A stretch of DNA of 52,649 nt, from contig CAZLAN010000001.1 in the NCBI GenBank assembly GCA_964557485.1, positions 1 to 52,649 of the forward strand, written 5' to 3'. This document shows, piece after piece, positions 28,084 to 37,253 of the stretch (position 1 is its first letter; each line of letters opens with the position of its first letter). The notes beneath the pieces were generated by a model, which did not search any database, was not told the origin of the DNA, and saw only the letters and a list, made by a program, of their open reading frames with translations. The translations under genes and the position numbers were made by a program. Source of the stretch: an uncultured Rhodobiaceae bacterium. Its GTDB lineage: Bacteria; Pseudomonadota; Alphaproteobacteria; MED-G09.

Positions 28084-28827
28084 TTATTCTAAAATCTTAC
28101 CTTTAATTATCTCTATTGTTTCTAAATCAACATTTAGTTCTTTTATTACGAAATCTTCTACTCTTTTATGCCTATTATAAATCTCATTAAATGCCGCATT
28201 AATATAATCTGACCTAGCCTCAAATAATGGCCTAAGGGTTTCAGAAATAGAATCTTTCCAATTACTACCTTGTATAGGACCTTTATATAAATCATTTGTT
28301 AACAAGTAATCATCAATAATTGTATCTTTATTAACGCCCATTAAACCAAGAAAAAGTAAAGATCCAAAACCAGTTCTATCTTTACCTGCGAAACAATGAA
28401 AAACTAAAGGTATATCATCATACGCTATGGCGTTTAAAAATTTTGAGTATCGTTTTTTATGTTGATTTACATATAAAACATAGTGAAGTTGGAGCTCACT
28501 TGCAAGTTCTTCACTTGTAACACCTTCGCGTAAAGCAAGCTCTTGTAAATCCTGGGCTCCAAGAGTTTTAATAGGAATATGAAGTAATTTAGGTGAAGAT
28601 TCTTTAGTGAAAGGAGATGGAAACTCTTGCATTTCAAAATCACTTCTAAAATCACAAACTGTTTTTATCCCTAGTTGTTTAACTTTTTCTATATCGCCAG
28701 CAGTAAGATGAGATAAATTATCTGAACGAAATAAGATACCTTTTCTTATTTTTTGACCATCAGAAGTTTCATAACCACCCAAATCCCTAAAATTTGAAGT
28801 GCCTTCCAATTCAATATATCTTTCCAA
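28084..28827 (-). CDS. Protein-tyrosine phosphatase family protein (Y_phosphatase3-like)
   Basis: Active-site loop HCFAGKDRTG (C-x5-R). N-terminal NFRDLGG block. I move the start to the TTG at 28827, preceded by GGAGAG (28839-28834), because the ORF-track ATG at 28875 lies inside the tRNA gene. Confidence 0.8.
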   Translation of the reverse strand: MERYIELEGTSNFRDLGGYETSDGQKIRKGILFRSDNLSHLTAGDIEKVKQLGIKTVCDFRSDFEMQEFPSPFTKESSPKLLHIPIKTLGAQDLQELALREGVTSEELASELQLHYVLYVNQHKKRYSKFLNAIAYDDIPLVFHCFAGKDRTGFGSLLFLGLMGVNKDTIIDDYLLTNDLYKGPIQGSNWKDSISETLRPLFEARSDYINAAFNEIYNRHKRVEDFVIKELNVDLETIEIIKGKILE

Positions 28828-28842
28828 TATATTCTCTCCTTC

Positions 28843-28919
28843 TGGTAGCGGGGGAGGGATTTGAACCCCCGACACGCGGATTATGATTCCGCTGCTCTAA
28901 CCAACTGAGCTACCCCGCC
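28843..28919 (-). tRNA. tRNA with anticodon CAT (elongator Met or lysidine-modified Ile2), 77 nt with encoded CCA
   Basis: The reverse complement reads GGCGGGG-TA-GCTC-AGTTGGTTA-GAGC-A-GCGGA-ATCATAA-TCCGC-GTGTC-GGGGG-TTCAAAT-CCCTC-CCCCGCT-A-CCA. This folds as a clean cloverleaf. It is not an initiator: there are no three consecutive G-C pairs at the base of the anticodon stem. Confidence 0.9.
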
Positions 28920-28966
28920 ATAAATGTGTTCATTAATCCTTTGTTACTAATAATGTCAATAATGGA

Positions 28967-30091
28967 TTATCCTGCAATCCAACCGCCTCCCAAAACTCTT
29001 GATGTATTACTCAAATCATAAAATACGCATGCTTGGCCAGGAGAAACACCTTCAACACTTTCTTCAAAATTTACACAAGCTTTACCATGATCAAAAAAAA
29101 GGTTGGCATTTTTTGGCTCTTGAGTTGAACGAATCTTTGCCATTATTTTAATTTTTTTATCATAAATTATATCTAAATTATCATCACCTATCCAATTTAG
29201 ATCCTTAATATAAATATTTTTTCTTTTTAGATCATCTTTAGATCCAAGAATAACATCATGATTATTGGAATTTATTTCAATAACATATAGAGGCTTTCCT
29301 GTGGCAATCCCAAGACCTTTTCTCTGCCCTACTGTAAAATTAATTATACCATTATGATTACCTAAAATATCTCCATTAGTTGATTTTAGATAACCTGGCT
29401 TAAGATTAATTGGGTCAATCTTTTTTAAAACTTCTGAATATTTTCCTTCCGGAACAAAACATATATCTTGACTATCTGGTTTATTGGAAACAGATAAACC
29501 AATTTCTTCTGCAATCCTTCTTATTTCAGACTTTTGAAAAGATCCCAAAGGAAATCTAAGAAATTCAAGTTGTTCTTTTGTGGTTTTAAAAAGAAAATAA
29601 CTTTGATCCTTTTCTTTATCCAATGCCCTAAACATTTGTCGTCCATTCTTATTTCCAATTGTTAAAATATAATGACCAGTTACAAGAGCTTTTGCCCCTA
29701 AATCTTTTGCCACTAAATAAAGATCATCAAACTTAACTTTTTCATTACACAAAACACATGGGATTGGCGTTTCCCCTTTTTGATAGGAATCAGAAAAATT
29801 ATCAATTACTTTTTTCTTAAATATGTCTTTATAATTTAACACATAATGGGGAATACTAAGATCTGCCGCAACTTTTCTTGCATCATGTATATCTTGGCCC
29901 GCACAACAACTACCTTTCTTATTTGTTGATTTTCCATCATCATAAAGCTGTAAGGTTATACCAATTGCAGAATAACCTGCATTTTTAACTAATGCGGCAG
30001 CAACAGATGAATCGACTCCACCACTCATTGCTATAACGACTTTATTTTCTTTACCCGTTTTTGGTAATTCAAGATCTATCTTAGGTATCAT
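28967..30091 (-). CDS. mnmA: tRNA 2-thiouridine(34) synthase
   Basis: PP-loop VIAMSGGVDSSVAA, CCAGQD, TPIPCVLCN, TGHY, and DKEKDQSYFL. Confidence 0.93.
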   Translation of the reverse strand: MIPKIDLELPKTGKENKVVIAMSGGVDSSVAAALVKNAGYSAIGITLQLYDDGKSTNKKGSCCAGQDIHDARKVAADLSIPHYVLNYKDIFKKKVIDNFSDSYQKGETPIPCVLCNEKVKFDDLYLVAKDLGAKALVTGHYILTIGNKNGRQMFRALDKEKDQSYFLFKTTKEQLEFLRFPLGSFQKSEIRRIAEEIGLSVSNKPDSQDICFVPEGKYSEVLKKIDPINLKPGYLKSTNGDILGNHNGIINFTVGQRKGLGIATGKPLYVIEINSNNHDVILGSKDDLKRKNIYIKDLNWIGDDNLDIIYDKKIKIMAKIRSTQEPKNANLFFDHGKACVNFEESVEGVSPGQACVFYDLSNTSRVLGGGWIAG

Positions 30092-30204
30092 GTTAACTTC
30101 ATTAATTAATTAAATTATCTTATAAAACAGTATTGGTACATTATTCAATAATTTATAAAATTTATTGCTTTGATATTAATTTAAAATATAACAAAATACT
30201 AAAA

Positions 30205-30993
30205 ATGGAAAATAACAAAGAAGTAATTAATGAATTAGTATCGCTCGCTTATAAAGCTGGTAAAGAAATTATGAATTTTTATCAGAAAAATTTTAAAATA
30301 GAGTTAAAAAAAGATAATTCACCCGTTACAGAAGCCGATAAATTATCGGATAGAATTATAACATCTGAATTAAACGAAAAATTTCCTGAAATTAAGTGTG
30401 TATCTGAAGAATCATATAAAAAAGAAGAGAAAAAGCTATTGGGAAAGGATTTTTTTCTAATAGATCCTTTAGACGGCACAAAGGAGTTTATAAAAAAAAA
30501 TGATGAATTTACAGTTAACATTGCCTTTATAGAAAATAATAAATCTAAATTAGGTATTATTTATGCTCCCGCTAAAGAAAGAATGTTTTTTAATATTGAT
30601 AAAGACAGGTCCTATGAAATAAAAACCAATATGTTAGAGGAAAAGATTAACATAAACAATTCCAAACAAATTTCAGTTTCAAAAAATAAAACCGACCTTA
30701 TTGCAGTAACAAGTAGATATCATGATAATGAAATGACTAGAAAATTCCTTAAAAAATTTAATGTTAAAGAAACAATTATTTGTGGTTCATCACTTAAATT
30801 TTGTCTTATAGCCTCTGGTGAGGTTGATATTTATCCTAGATTAGGACCTACTAAGGAGTGGGATATAGCTGCAGGTCATGCAATTTTAGAAGCTTCTGGC
30901 GGAAAGATTATAACATTAGATGATAAAGAATTAATTTATGGAAATAATGATAAAGATTATTTAAGCCCAGAATTTATTGCATCAAATTTTTAA
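30205..30993 (+). CDS. cysQ: 3'(2'),5'-bisphosphate nucleotidase (inositol monophosphatase family)
   Basis: SPVTEADK, FFLIDPLDGTKEF, and WDIAAGHAILEASGG. The start is placed at the ATG at 30205 (MENNKEV), not the upstream 30133 codon. Confidence 0.8.
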   Translation: MENNKEVINELVSLAYKAGKEIMNFYQKNFKIELKKDNSPVTEADKLSDRIITSELNEKFPEIKCVSEESYKKEEKKLLGKDFFLIDPLDGTKEFIKKNDEFTVNIAFIENNKSKLGIIYAPAKERMFFNIDKDRSYEIKTNMLEEKININNSKQISVSKNKTDLIAVTSRYHDNEMTRKFLKKFNVKETIICGSSLKFCLIASGEVDIYPRLGPTKEWDIAAGHAILEASGGKIITLDDKELIYGNNDKDYLSPEFIASNF

Positions 30994-31028
30994 TTCTATA
31001 GTATTTTAATCCTACGAGGAGCCATCTA

Positions 31029-33227
31029 ATGAAATTAAGAACCTATCTTTTACTATTTGTATTAATTTTAATTGGTATTTATTTCTTTTCTTCAAAAGAA
31101 AATTTAACCAAAGATGAAATCACCCTCGTAGAAGAATCAAGAATTGAAAAAATTGAATTAGAAAAAAAAATTGCTAATATCACTCAAAAAAGAATTATTA
31201 ATGCAGATAGTGAGCCAAATGTATGGTTATCATATGGAAGAAATTATGAGGAACAAAGATTTTCTCCATTAACTCAAATAAATAAAAATAATATAAACAA
31301 TCTTGAATTAGCCTGGTCATTTGATATGAATAGCACCAGAGCGTTAGAATCCACTCCAATTGTTGATGACGGAATAATGTTCCTTACTAGTGAATGGAGT
31401 ATTATATATGCTATTGATGCAAAAACTGGAAATGAAGTTTGGTATTACGATCCTGAAGTTCCTAAAGACTGGGGAAGAAAAGCTTGCTGCGATGTAGTAA
31501 ACAGAGGAGTTGCAATTTGGAAAGGTTATGTCTATTCAGCTACACTTGATGGCAAGTTATTAAAGCTAGATGCTAGAAGTGGTGAGTTAATTTGGGAAAA
31601 AGATACTCTTATTGACCGTAATAGAGATTACACCATTACCGGTGCTCCAAGAATTGCTAATGATTTGATTTTCATAGGAAATGGTGGAGCTGAATATGGC
31701 GTAAGAGGATATGTTTCTGCTTTCGATATAAATTCTGGAGATTTAGTATGGAGATTCTATACGGTTCCTGGCGACCCATCTTTACCTTTTGAACATCCTG
31801 AAATGGAAATAGCTGCTGAGACCTGGAAAGGCGGAGAATGGTGGAAAATTGGTGGTGGTGGAACCGTTTGGAATACAATTGTATATGATCCTGAATTTGA
31901 TCAGATTTACATAGGGGTTGGAAACGGATCTCCTTGGACTAGAGTTATAAGGTCGCCTGGCGGAGGAGATAATTTATTCCTTTCTTCAATAGTTGCTCTT
32001 GATGCGAATACTGGAAAAATGAAATGGTATTACCAAACTACACCTGGTGATAATTGGGATTACACTGCTGTTCAAGATTTGATGTTAGCTGAAATGGAAG
32101 TTGATGGTGTAGTTCGTAAAGTTATTATGCAAGCGCCTAAAAATGGTTTCTTTTATGTCTTAGATAGAGAAGATGGAAAACTCTTACGGGCTCATAAATA
32201 TGCTGAAGTAAATTGGGCTACTCATGTAGATATGGATACTGGGAGACCAATTGAGAACAAGGAGAAAGATTACCTAAAAGAAAAGCAATGGATTTTACCT
32301 GGCGCTTTAGGAGGTCATAATTGGCAGGCAATGTCGTTTGATCCTAATTTAGGACTAGTATTTATCCCTACTCAAATAGCTCCAACAATTTACAAAATGA
32401 CTGAGGAATGGCAAAAAACTGGTAAAATCAAATACAAACCAAATACATGGAATACAGGTGTAGAACTAGCAAAGTACCTTGATTTAGCTCTTAATACTCC
32501 TGAGGTGCCAATTCCCACAGGCTCATTAAAAGCTTTTGATCCAATTTCAGGAGAAACAAGATGGGAAGTAAATTATCCACAGCACTGGAATGGTGGAACT
32601 CTATCAACTGAATCAGGTTTAACTTTTCAAGGGAATGGAATGGGCTTCCTAAATGCATTTGATTCTGCTTCAGGAGAAATATTATGGTCTAGAGATATTC
32701 AAACAAGCATGCTTGCACCTCCAATAACTTTTGTTATTGATGGAGAACAATATATTGCAATATTGGCTGGAACTGGTGGTGGAAATAATCATGGCGGGGA
32801 TACTCTCGGGTTTCATACTGAACATTTAGCTTCTTTAAAATATGGTAACAATGGAAGACTTCTTGCCTTTAAAATAGGGGGAAATCAGAAACTTCCGCGC
32901 TTGGATCTTATTAATAAATCCATTCCAGAACAACCACAATTGATATCAACTGAATTTCAAATAAAAAGAGGAACTGAGCTTTATGGTGAATATTGTGCGT
33001 TTTGTCATGGCACAGCTGTAAGGGCTGGTCCCGCCTTACCAGACCTAAGAATGATGAGTATTGATACTCATGAATTATTTCAAGAAATTGTATATCAAGG
33101 TATTCTCAGTGATAATGGTATGTCATCATTTTCAGATGTTCTTTCGGAAAAAGATGTTGAAAGCATTTATCACTACATTGTTAATACAGCAACAATTGAT
33201 AGAACTGTTCAATTAGAAAATAATTAA
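31029..33227 (+). CDS. Quinohaemoprotein PQQ-dependent alcohol dehydrogenase (type II ADH-like), copy 1
   Basis: Vicinal disulfide KACCDVVNRG. Propeller blocks TITGAPRIAN, GVRGYVSAF, GGGTVWN, PGDNWDYTA and APKNGFFYVLDR. C-terminal cytochrome c site CAFCHG. N-terminal signal or anchor. Confidence 0.9.
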   Translation: MKLRTYLLLFVLILIGIYFFSSKENLTKDEITLVEESRIEKIELEKKIANITQKRIINADSEPNVWLSYGRNYEEQRFSPLTQINKNNINNLELAWSFDMNSTRALESTPIVDDGIMFLTSEWSIIYAIDAKTGNEVWYYDPEVPKDWGRKACCDVVNRGVAIWKGYVYSATLDGKLLKLDARSGELIWEKDTLIDRNRDYTITGAPRIANDLIFIGNGGAEYGVRGYVSAFDINSGDLVWRFYTVPGDPSLPFEHPEMEIAAETWKGGEWWKIGGGGTVWNTIVYDPEFDQIYIGVGNGSPWTRVIRSPGGGDNLFLSSIVALDANTGKMKWYYQTTPGDNWDYTAVQDLMLAEMEVDGVVRKVIMQAPKNGFFYVLDREDGKLLRAHKYAEVNWATHVDMDTGRPIENKEKDYLKEKQWILPGALGGHNWQAMSFDPNLGLVFIPTQIAPTIYKMTEEWQKTGKIKYKPNTWNTGVELAKYLDLALNTPEVPIPTGSLKAFDPISGETRWEVNYPQHWNGGTLSTESGLTFQGNGMGFLNAFDSASGEILWSRDIQTSMLAPPITFVIDGEQYIAILAGTGGGNNHGGDTLGFHTEHLASLKYGNNGRLLAFKIGGNQKLPRLDLINKSIPEQPQLISTEFQIKRGTELYGEYCAFCHGTAVRAGPALPDLRMMSIDTHELFQEIVYQGILSDNGMSSFSDVLSEKDVESIYHYIVNTATIDRTVQLENN

Positions 33228-33244
33228 TAATTTAGGAGTTAATT

Positions 33245-35470
33245 ATGGGACACCCAGGATTAGGTAGAAAATCTGCAATATTTATAAATGTTGTTTTGTT
33301 ATTATCTATATCAATAGCTGTTTCTTATAAATTAATTCTCTTAAATGAAGAAAAAGTTATTAAAGAAATTCCAATAGAAAGTAAGGTTAAATTAATAGAT
33401 GATAAAAAATTCGGCCAAATAAACTCTAAAAGAATTATTAACGCCAATAAGGAACCTCACAATTGGCTTTCGCATGGAAGAGATTATAATGAACAACGAT
33501 ATTCACCACTTGACCAAATAAATAAGCAAACAATAAGTAAATTAGAATTGGAATGGTCTTTAGATATGGGAACTACTCGGGGTCTAGAAGCTACGCCAAT
33601 TATAGATAATGGAATAATGTTTGTTTCTAGTACTTGGAGTGTAGTTCATGCTATTGACGCAAAAACTGGTAAAGAACTTTGGGTTTATGATCCAAATGTT
33701 CCTAGAAGCTGGGCAAGAAAGGTTTGTTGTGATGTTGTAAACAGAGGTGTAGCAGTTTGGGAAGGACAAGTTTATTTTGGAACAATCGATGGACGCCTTA
33801 TTAGTCTTGATGCGGTAACAGGTGAAAAAACATGGGAAATAAATACACTAATTGATACATCAAAAGACTATACCATTACAGGGGCACCAAGAATTGCAAA
33901 TGGAAAAGTTTTTATAGGTAATGGTGGTGCTGATATGGGTGGAGTTAGAGGTTATGTTTCAGCCTATAATGTAAAAAATGGTAATCTAGAATGGAGGTTT
34001 TTCACGGTTCCTGGAGATCCATCTTTACCTTTTGAACATCCTGAAATGGAAATGGCTGCAGAAACATGGAATGGTCAATGGTGGGTTATGGGTGGCGGTG
34101 GAACTGTTTGGAATTCTATTGTTTATGATCCAGAATTCAATCAAGTTTATTTGGGAACAGGTAATGGATCTCCATGGAATCAGCAAATTCGTTCTCCTGG
34201 AGGTGGTGATAATTTATTCTTATCATCAATCGTTGCTCTCAATGCTGATACAGGAAGAATGAATTGGTATTATCAAACTACCCCTATGGAAAGATGGGAT
34301 TACACTGCAACACAAGACATAATGTTAACTGAATTAGAGGTTGATGGCGCTGAAAGAAAAGTTTTAATGCAAGCGCCTAAAAATGGATTCTTTTATGTCC
34401 TGGATAGAAAAACGGGTGAACTTCTTAGGGCAAATAATTATGTAGAAACTAATTGGGCAACACATGTTGATTTAAAAACAGGGAGACCTGTCCTTAATAC
34501 AAATAAGGATTATTATAAAAAAGCAGTTTGGATACTTCCAGGGACATATGGCGGTCATGGCTGGCAAGCAATGTCTTATGATCCTAAGCAAAAACTAGTT
34601 TTCATTCCCACAATGGAAATAGCTGCTATCCATAAAGTTAAAAAGTCATTCAGCAAAACAGGTCTTTTTAAAATGCAGCCTCAAACCGTAAATACTGGAA
34701 CAGAATTTAATCTTTTTGATACTGTTCCTGATATGGCTGATGGTGAAAGTATACCTCCAATAACAGGAGAATTAAAGGCTTTTGACCCTATTACAGGAAA
34801 GACAAAGTGGTCAGTTAAGCATGAACAATTTTGGAATGGCGGACCTCTAACTACTGCAGGAAGTCTTGTTTTTCAGGGAAATGGTTCAGGTTTTTTTGAA
34901 GCATATAATGTAGAAAATGGCGAACGAGTTTGGTCTAAAAATGTAAGAATTGGAATAATGGCTCCACCTGTTACTTTTATGATCGATGGAGAACAATATA
35001 TTAGTATTCTAGCTGGAGATGGTGGAGCAAGTAATTTTCTTGGTGATAATTTTGGTGAATGGAAAGGAAAACTTGCGTCTATTAAATATGGGAATTTTGG
35101 AAAACTTTTAACTTTTAAATTAAATGGAAAATCTAAAATTGAGGAAATACCTGAAAAAAACTTAAATATACCCGAGCAACCTATAATTAATACAAGCTTA
35201 GAAAATATAAAAGCCGGGCAAGACATTTACGCAAATTATTGTGCTATATGCCATGGAAGTGGAGTTCATGGTAAAACAATTTCAGATTTAAGATATATGA
35301 GCTCTAATACTCACGAATATTTTAATGAAATAGTCTTAAACGGAATGCTTGAAGAAAACGGAATGAAAGGTTTTTCTGATCTTCTATCTGATAAAAATGT
35401 TTTCGAGGTTTATTCTTATATTGTAGATGTGGCCACTAAAGAAAGATTAGCTCAACAAAAATCTAATTAG
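33245..35470 (+). CDS. Quinohaemoprotein PQQ-dependent alcohol dehydrogenase, copy 2 (tandem paralog)
   Basis: Same blocks as copy 1 (KVCCDVVNRG, TITGAPRIAN, GGGTVWN, APKNGFFYVLDR, CAICHG), but PMERWDYTA in place of PGDNWDYTA. Confidence 0.9.
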   Translation: MGHPGLGRKSAIFINVVLLLSISIAVSYKLILLNEEKVIKEIPIESKVKLIDDKKFGQINSKRIINANKEPHNWLSHGRDYNEQRYSPLDQINKQTISKLELEWSLDMGTTRGLEATPIIDNGIMFVSSTWSVVHAIDAKTGKELWVYDPNVPRSWARKVCCDVVNRGVAVWEGQVYFGTIDGRLISLDAVTGEKTWEINTLIDTSKDYTITGAPRIANGKVFIGNGGADMGGVRGYVSAYNVKNGNLEWRFFTVPGDPSLPFEHPEMEMAAETWNGQWWVMGGGGTVWNSIVYDPEFNQVYLGTGNGSPWNQQIRSPGGGDNLFLSSIVALNADTGRMNWYYQTTPMERWDYTATQDIMLTELEVDGAERKVLMQAPKNGFFYVLDRKTGELLRANNYVETNWATHVDLKTGRPVLNTNKDYYKKAVWILPGTYGGHGWQAMSYDPKQKLVFIPTMEIAAIHKVKKSFSKTGLFKMQPQTVNTGTEFNLFDTVPDMADGESIPPITGELKAFDPITGKTKWSVKHEQFWNGGPLTTAGSLVFQGNGSGFFEAYNVENGERVWSKNVRIGIMAPPVTFMIDGEQYISILAGDGGASNFLGDNFGEWKGKLASIKYGNFGKLLTFKLNGKSKIEEIPEKNLNIPEQPIINTSLENIKAGQDIYANYCAICHGSGVHGKTISDLRYMSSNTHEYFNEIVLNGMLEENGMKGFSDLLSDKNVFEVYSYIVDVATKERLAQQKSN

Positions 35471-36017
35471 TTTTTTTAGGAATATTTGCTTTTGGAGCCT
35501 CAAATAATTCTAAATACCATTCATCATCAACAGAATTAAATTTCTCAGATTCTTCTGTTTCATCTGAAGTATCTTTTTCTTCTCTATTTTCTATTCCCTC
35601 GTAAGAATCCTTTTCTATCATAAAAACATCTCCACGCTTTGCTTCAATTAGGCCTTCACAAAATATCCGATCATAAGGTATGCTGACTATTTCAGGTATA
35701 TTATCGAAAACACCACCTTGTTTCTCTCTATAAAAAACTAGATAAGATTTACCAGGTATTTTTCTTATCTTATCTGGCTCTAAACAATCATGGGCAAGAT
35801 ATTTAAATTTTATTCCTTTAATTTCTTCAAATTTATTTATTCTTGGCTTTCCTAAAATTTCTTCTATCAAATGATATGAAAATATAAATAGGAAAAAACC
35901 TAAAAAAACTAATATGACCTTAAATACTAAAGAAAAGCGTGTATAAAAAACAAATAACAATAGAATTGAAAACGATAAAGCAAATAGAATTGCTAAATTA
36001 ATTGAATCTAAATTCAT
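35463..36017 (-). CDS. Hypothetical membrane protein (184 aa), third gene of the MotA/ExbB-like operon
   Basis: Two N-terminal hydrophobic helices, a globular region of about 90 aa, and an acidic tail (EEKDTSDETEESEKFNSVDDE). ATGA overlap with the upstream gene. No recognisable family. Confidence 0.6.
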   Translation of the reverse strand: MNLDSINLAILFALSFSILLLFVFYTRFSLVFKVILVFLGFFLFIFSYHLIEEILGKPRINKFEEIKGIKFKYLAHDCLEPDKIRKIPGKSYLVFYREKQGGVFDNIPEIVSIPYDRIFCEGLIEAKRGDVFMIEKDSYEGIENREEKDTSDETEESEKFNSVDDEWYLELFEAPKANIPKKTN

Positions 36018-36628
36018 TGTTTTAAAATTCCACCAATTAATGATTTTTGAATAAAACTTAAATCTTGAATACTGCCCTTCTCATCTAAGAAAAACCTAAC
36101 AGCAGTAAGTTCATGCCCAGTCTCAGTCAAAAAGTGATTGCCAAAATAAATAGTCTTTACTTGAGGATTTATCTTTTCAACTTTTACCTTGGTTTTTAAT
36201 GGAACAACGAAATTAGCTTTATAATGCAATAAATTAACAACATATTCACCTGCCATAAAACCTCTAATAGTTATTATTTCTTGGTTAGCAGGATTTTCAA
36301 TATTTACCCCATCTATTGTTAAACGATCAGCTAAGGTTCCTCTATCATCTCTATCAAGGTGCATTAAACCATCTGAGGTGTTCTGAAAAAAAACAATATT
36401 ACCTTTGGGATCTTCGACAACTAAATCTACATCATCAGGATGATAATCTTCCCATTCTACGGAAATAATAAATTCTGCTTTAGATTGGATATTTGCATCC
36501 TCTAAAGGTTTTTGAATTAGAGCAAATGAAATAAAAAACATAAAAGCAAAACCCAATAGAGCATTGAACAGAAGGTCAGTAAAAGCATCTCCACTATTAT
36601 CTTCTATAAAGATTAATTTATCTTTCAA
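36014..36628 (-). CDS. Hypothetical single-pass membrane protein (204 aa) with a MotB/ExbD-like Asp-containing TM helix and an unrecognised periplasmic domain
   Basis: The N-terminus GDAFTDLLFNALLGFAFMFFISF places an Asp at the cytoplasmic end of the only TM helix. The remainder reads as beta-rich (SVEWEDYHPDDVDLVVEDPKGNIVFFQN, LDRDDRG). Overlaps the channel gene by 11 nt. Confidence 0.6.
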   Translation of the reverse strand: MKDKLIFIEDNSGDAFTDLLFNALLGFAFMFFISFALIQKPLEDANIQSKAEFIISVEWEDYHPDDVDLVVEDPKGNIVFFQNTSDGLMHLDRDDRGTLADRLTIDGVNIENPANQEIITIRGFMAGEYVVNLLHYKANFVVPLKTKVKVEKINPQVKTIYFGNHFLTETGHELTAVRFFLDEKGSIQDLSFIQKSLIGGILKQ

Positions 36629-37253
36629 TATTTTCTTCCCTTAAAAAAGTAATTTCATTAATTAAGGTAACAACATTAGAGGAAGTAATTTGAAATTGAA
36701 GACGAATTAAAATACTAGAAACTAGTCCTGTTAAAGTAGTAAACAAAGCTACTGCCATACCAGAACTCATTGAAGATAAAGCTTCCTTCAACTCCTCGGG
36801 GCCCGTATTATTTAATTCAGATATAGGCTGAAGCATTAAAATAAAGCCAATAACAGTTCCTAAAAGACCTAATTTTAATGATACATCTGCAGCAACCCAT
36901 CCAAAACTAAGTTTTTTTGCATACTCAGATTCAAAAACCCTAATAATAACATCCTTATCTTCGTCTTTATCTAGATCTCTTAAATATCTTCCAATGGATA
37001 AATTTGAAGACGAATCATTTTCATTTCCAATTAAGGATTTATCTAAATATATAATTCTTGATAAATAGACCCAATAAATTGTAGTCACTATCCAAAGAAT
37101 AATAATTGCCTTAGAGATATGACTCTTATCACCTTGAAGAACTATCTGCATTAAACCTTGGTCATTTAATATCCAAAATCCAAATAAGATAATAACTAAA
37201 AGTAAAAGCGATCTAAGAAGGCCATTTGATTTAGGTTGCTCAATTTTTGTCAT
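36618..37253 (-). CDS. MotA/TolQ/ExbB-family proton-channel protein (211 aa)
   Basis: Family signature LKLGLLGTVIGFILM and GMAVALFTTLTGLVSSILI in the last two TM helices. There is also an N-terminal TM helix. Confidence 0.8.
   Translation of the reverse strand: MTKIEQPKSNGLLRSLLLLVIILFGFWILNDQGLMQIVLQGDKSHISKAIIILWIVTTIYWVYLSRIIYLDKSLIGNENDSSSNLSIGRYLRDLDKDEDKDVIIRVFESEYAKKLSFGWVAADVSLKLGLLGTVIGFILMLQPISELNNTGPEELKEALSSMSSGMAVALFTTLTGLVSSILIRLQFQITSSNVVTLINEITFLREENIER

Noticed and set aside
28828-28875. N-terminal extension (MSGVQIPPPLPEGENI) of the phosphatase ORF.
   Set aside because: These codons are the antisense-free read-through of the tRNA(CAT) gene on the same strand. The GGGG/CCCC tRNA arms generate the Pro/Gly run. 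A TTG with a good SD lies just downstream.
28084-30091. A possible integrated island or prophage at the tRNA(CAT) gene, or at the truncated tRNA-Gln at the left edge.
   Set aside because: There is no integrase, no direct repeat of the tRNA 3' end, and no phage or mobility genes on either side. The flanking genes are ordinary housekeeping (mnmA, cysQ, phosphatase).
31029-35470. Lanthanide-dependent (XoxF/PedH-type) nature of the PQQ dehydrogenases.
   Set aside because: Both proteins have Thr two residues after the catalytic Asp (WDYTA), not the additional Asp that coordinates lanthanides in XoxF/PedH-type enzymes.
35463-37253. Reading the MotA-like triad as a Zorya-type anti-phage system, a flagellar stator or Tol-Pal.
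   Set aside because: ZorA proteins are much longer, with a long cytoplasmic tail, and come with a peptidoglycan-binding ZorB plus ZorC/D or ZorE effectors. None of these is present. There is no OmpA-like motif, no flagellar genes, and no tolA, tolB, pal or ybgF context.
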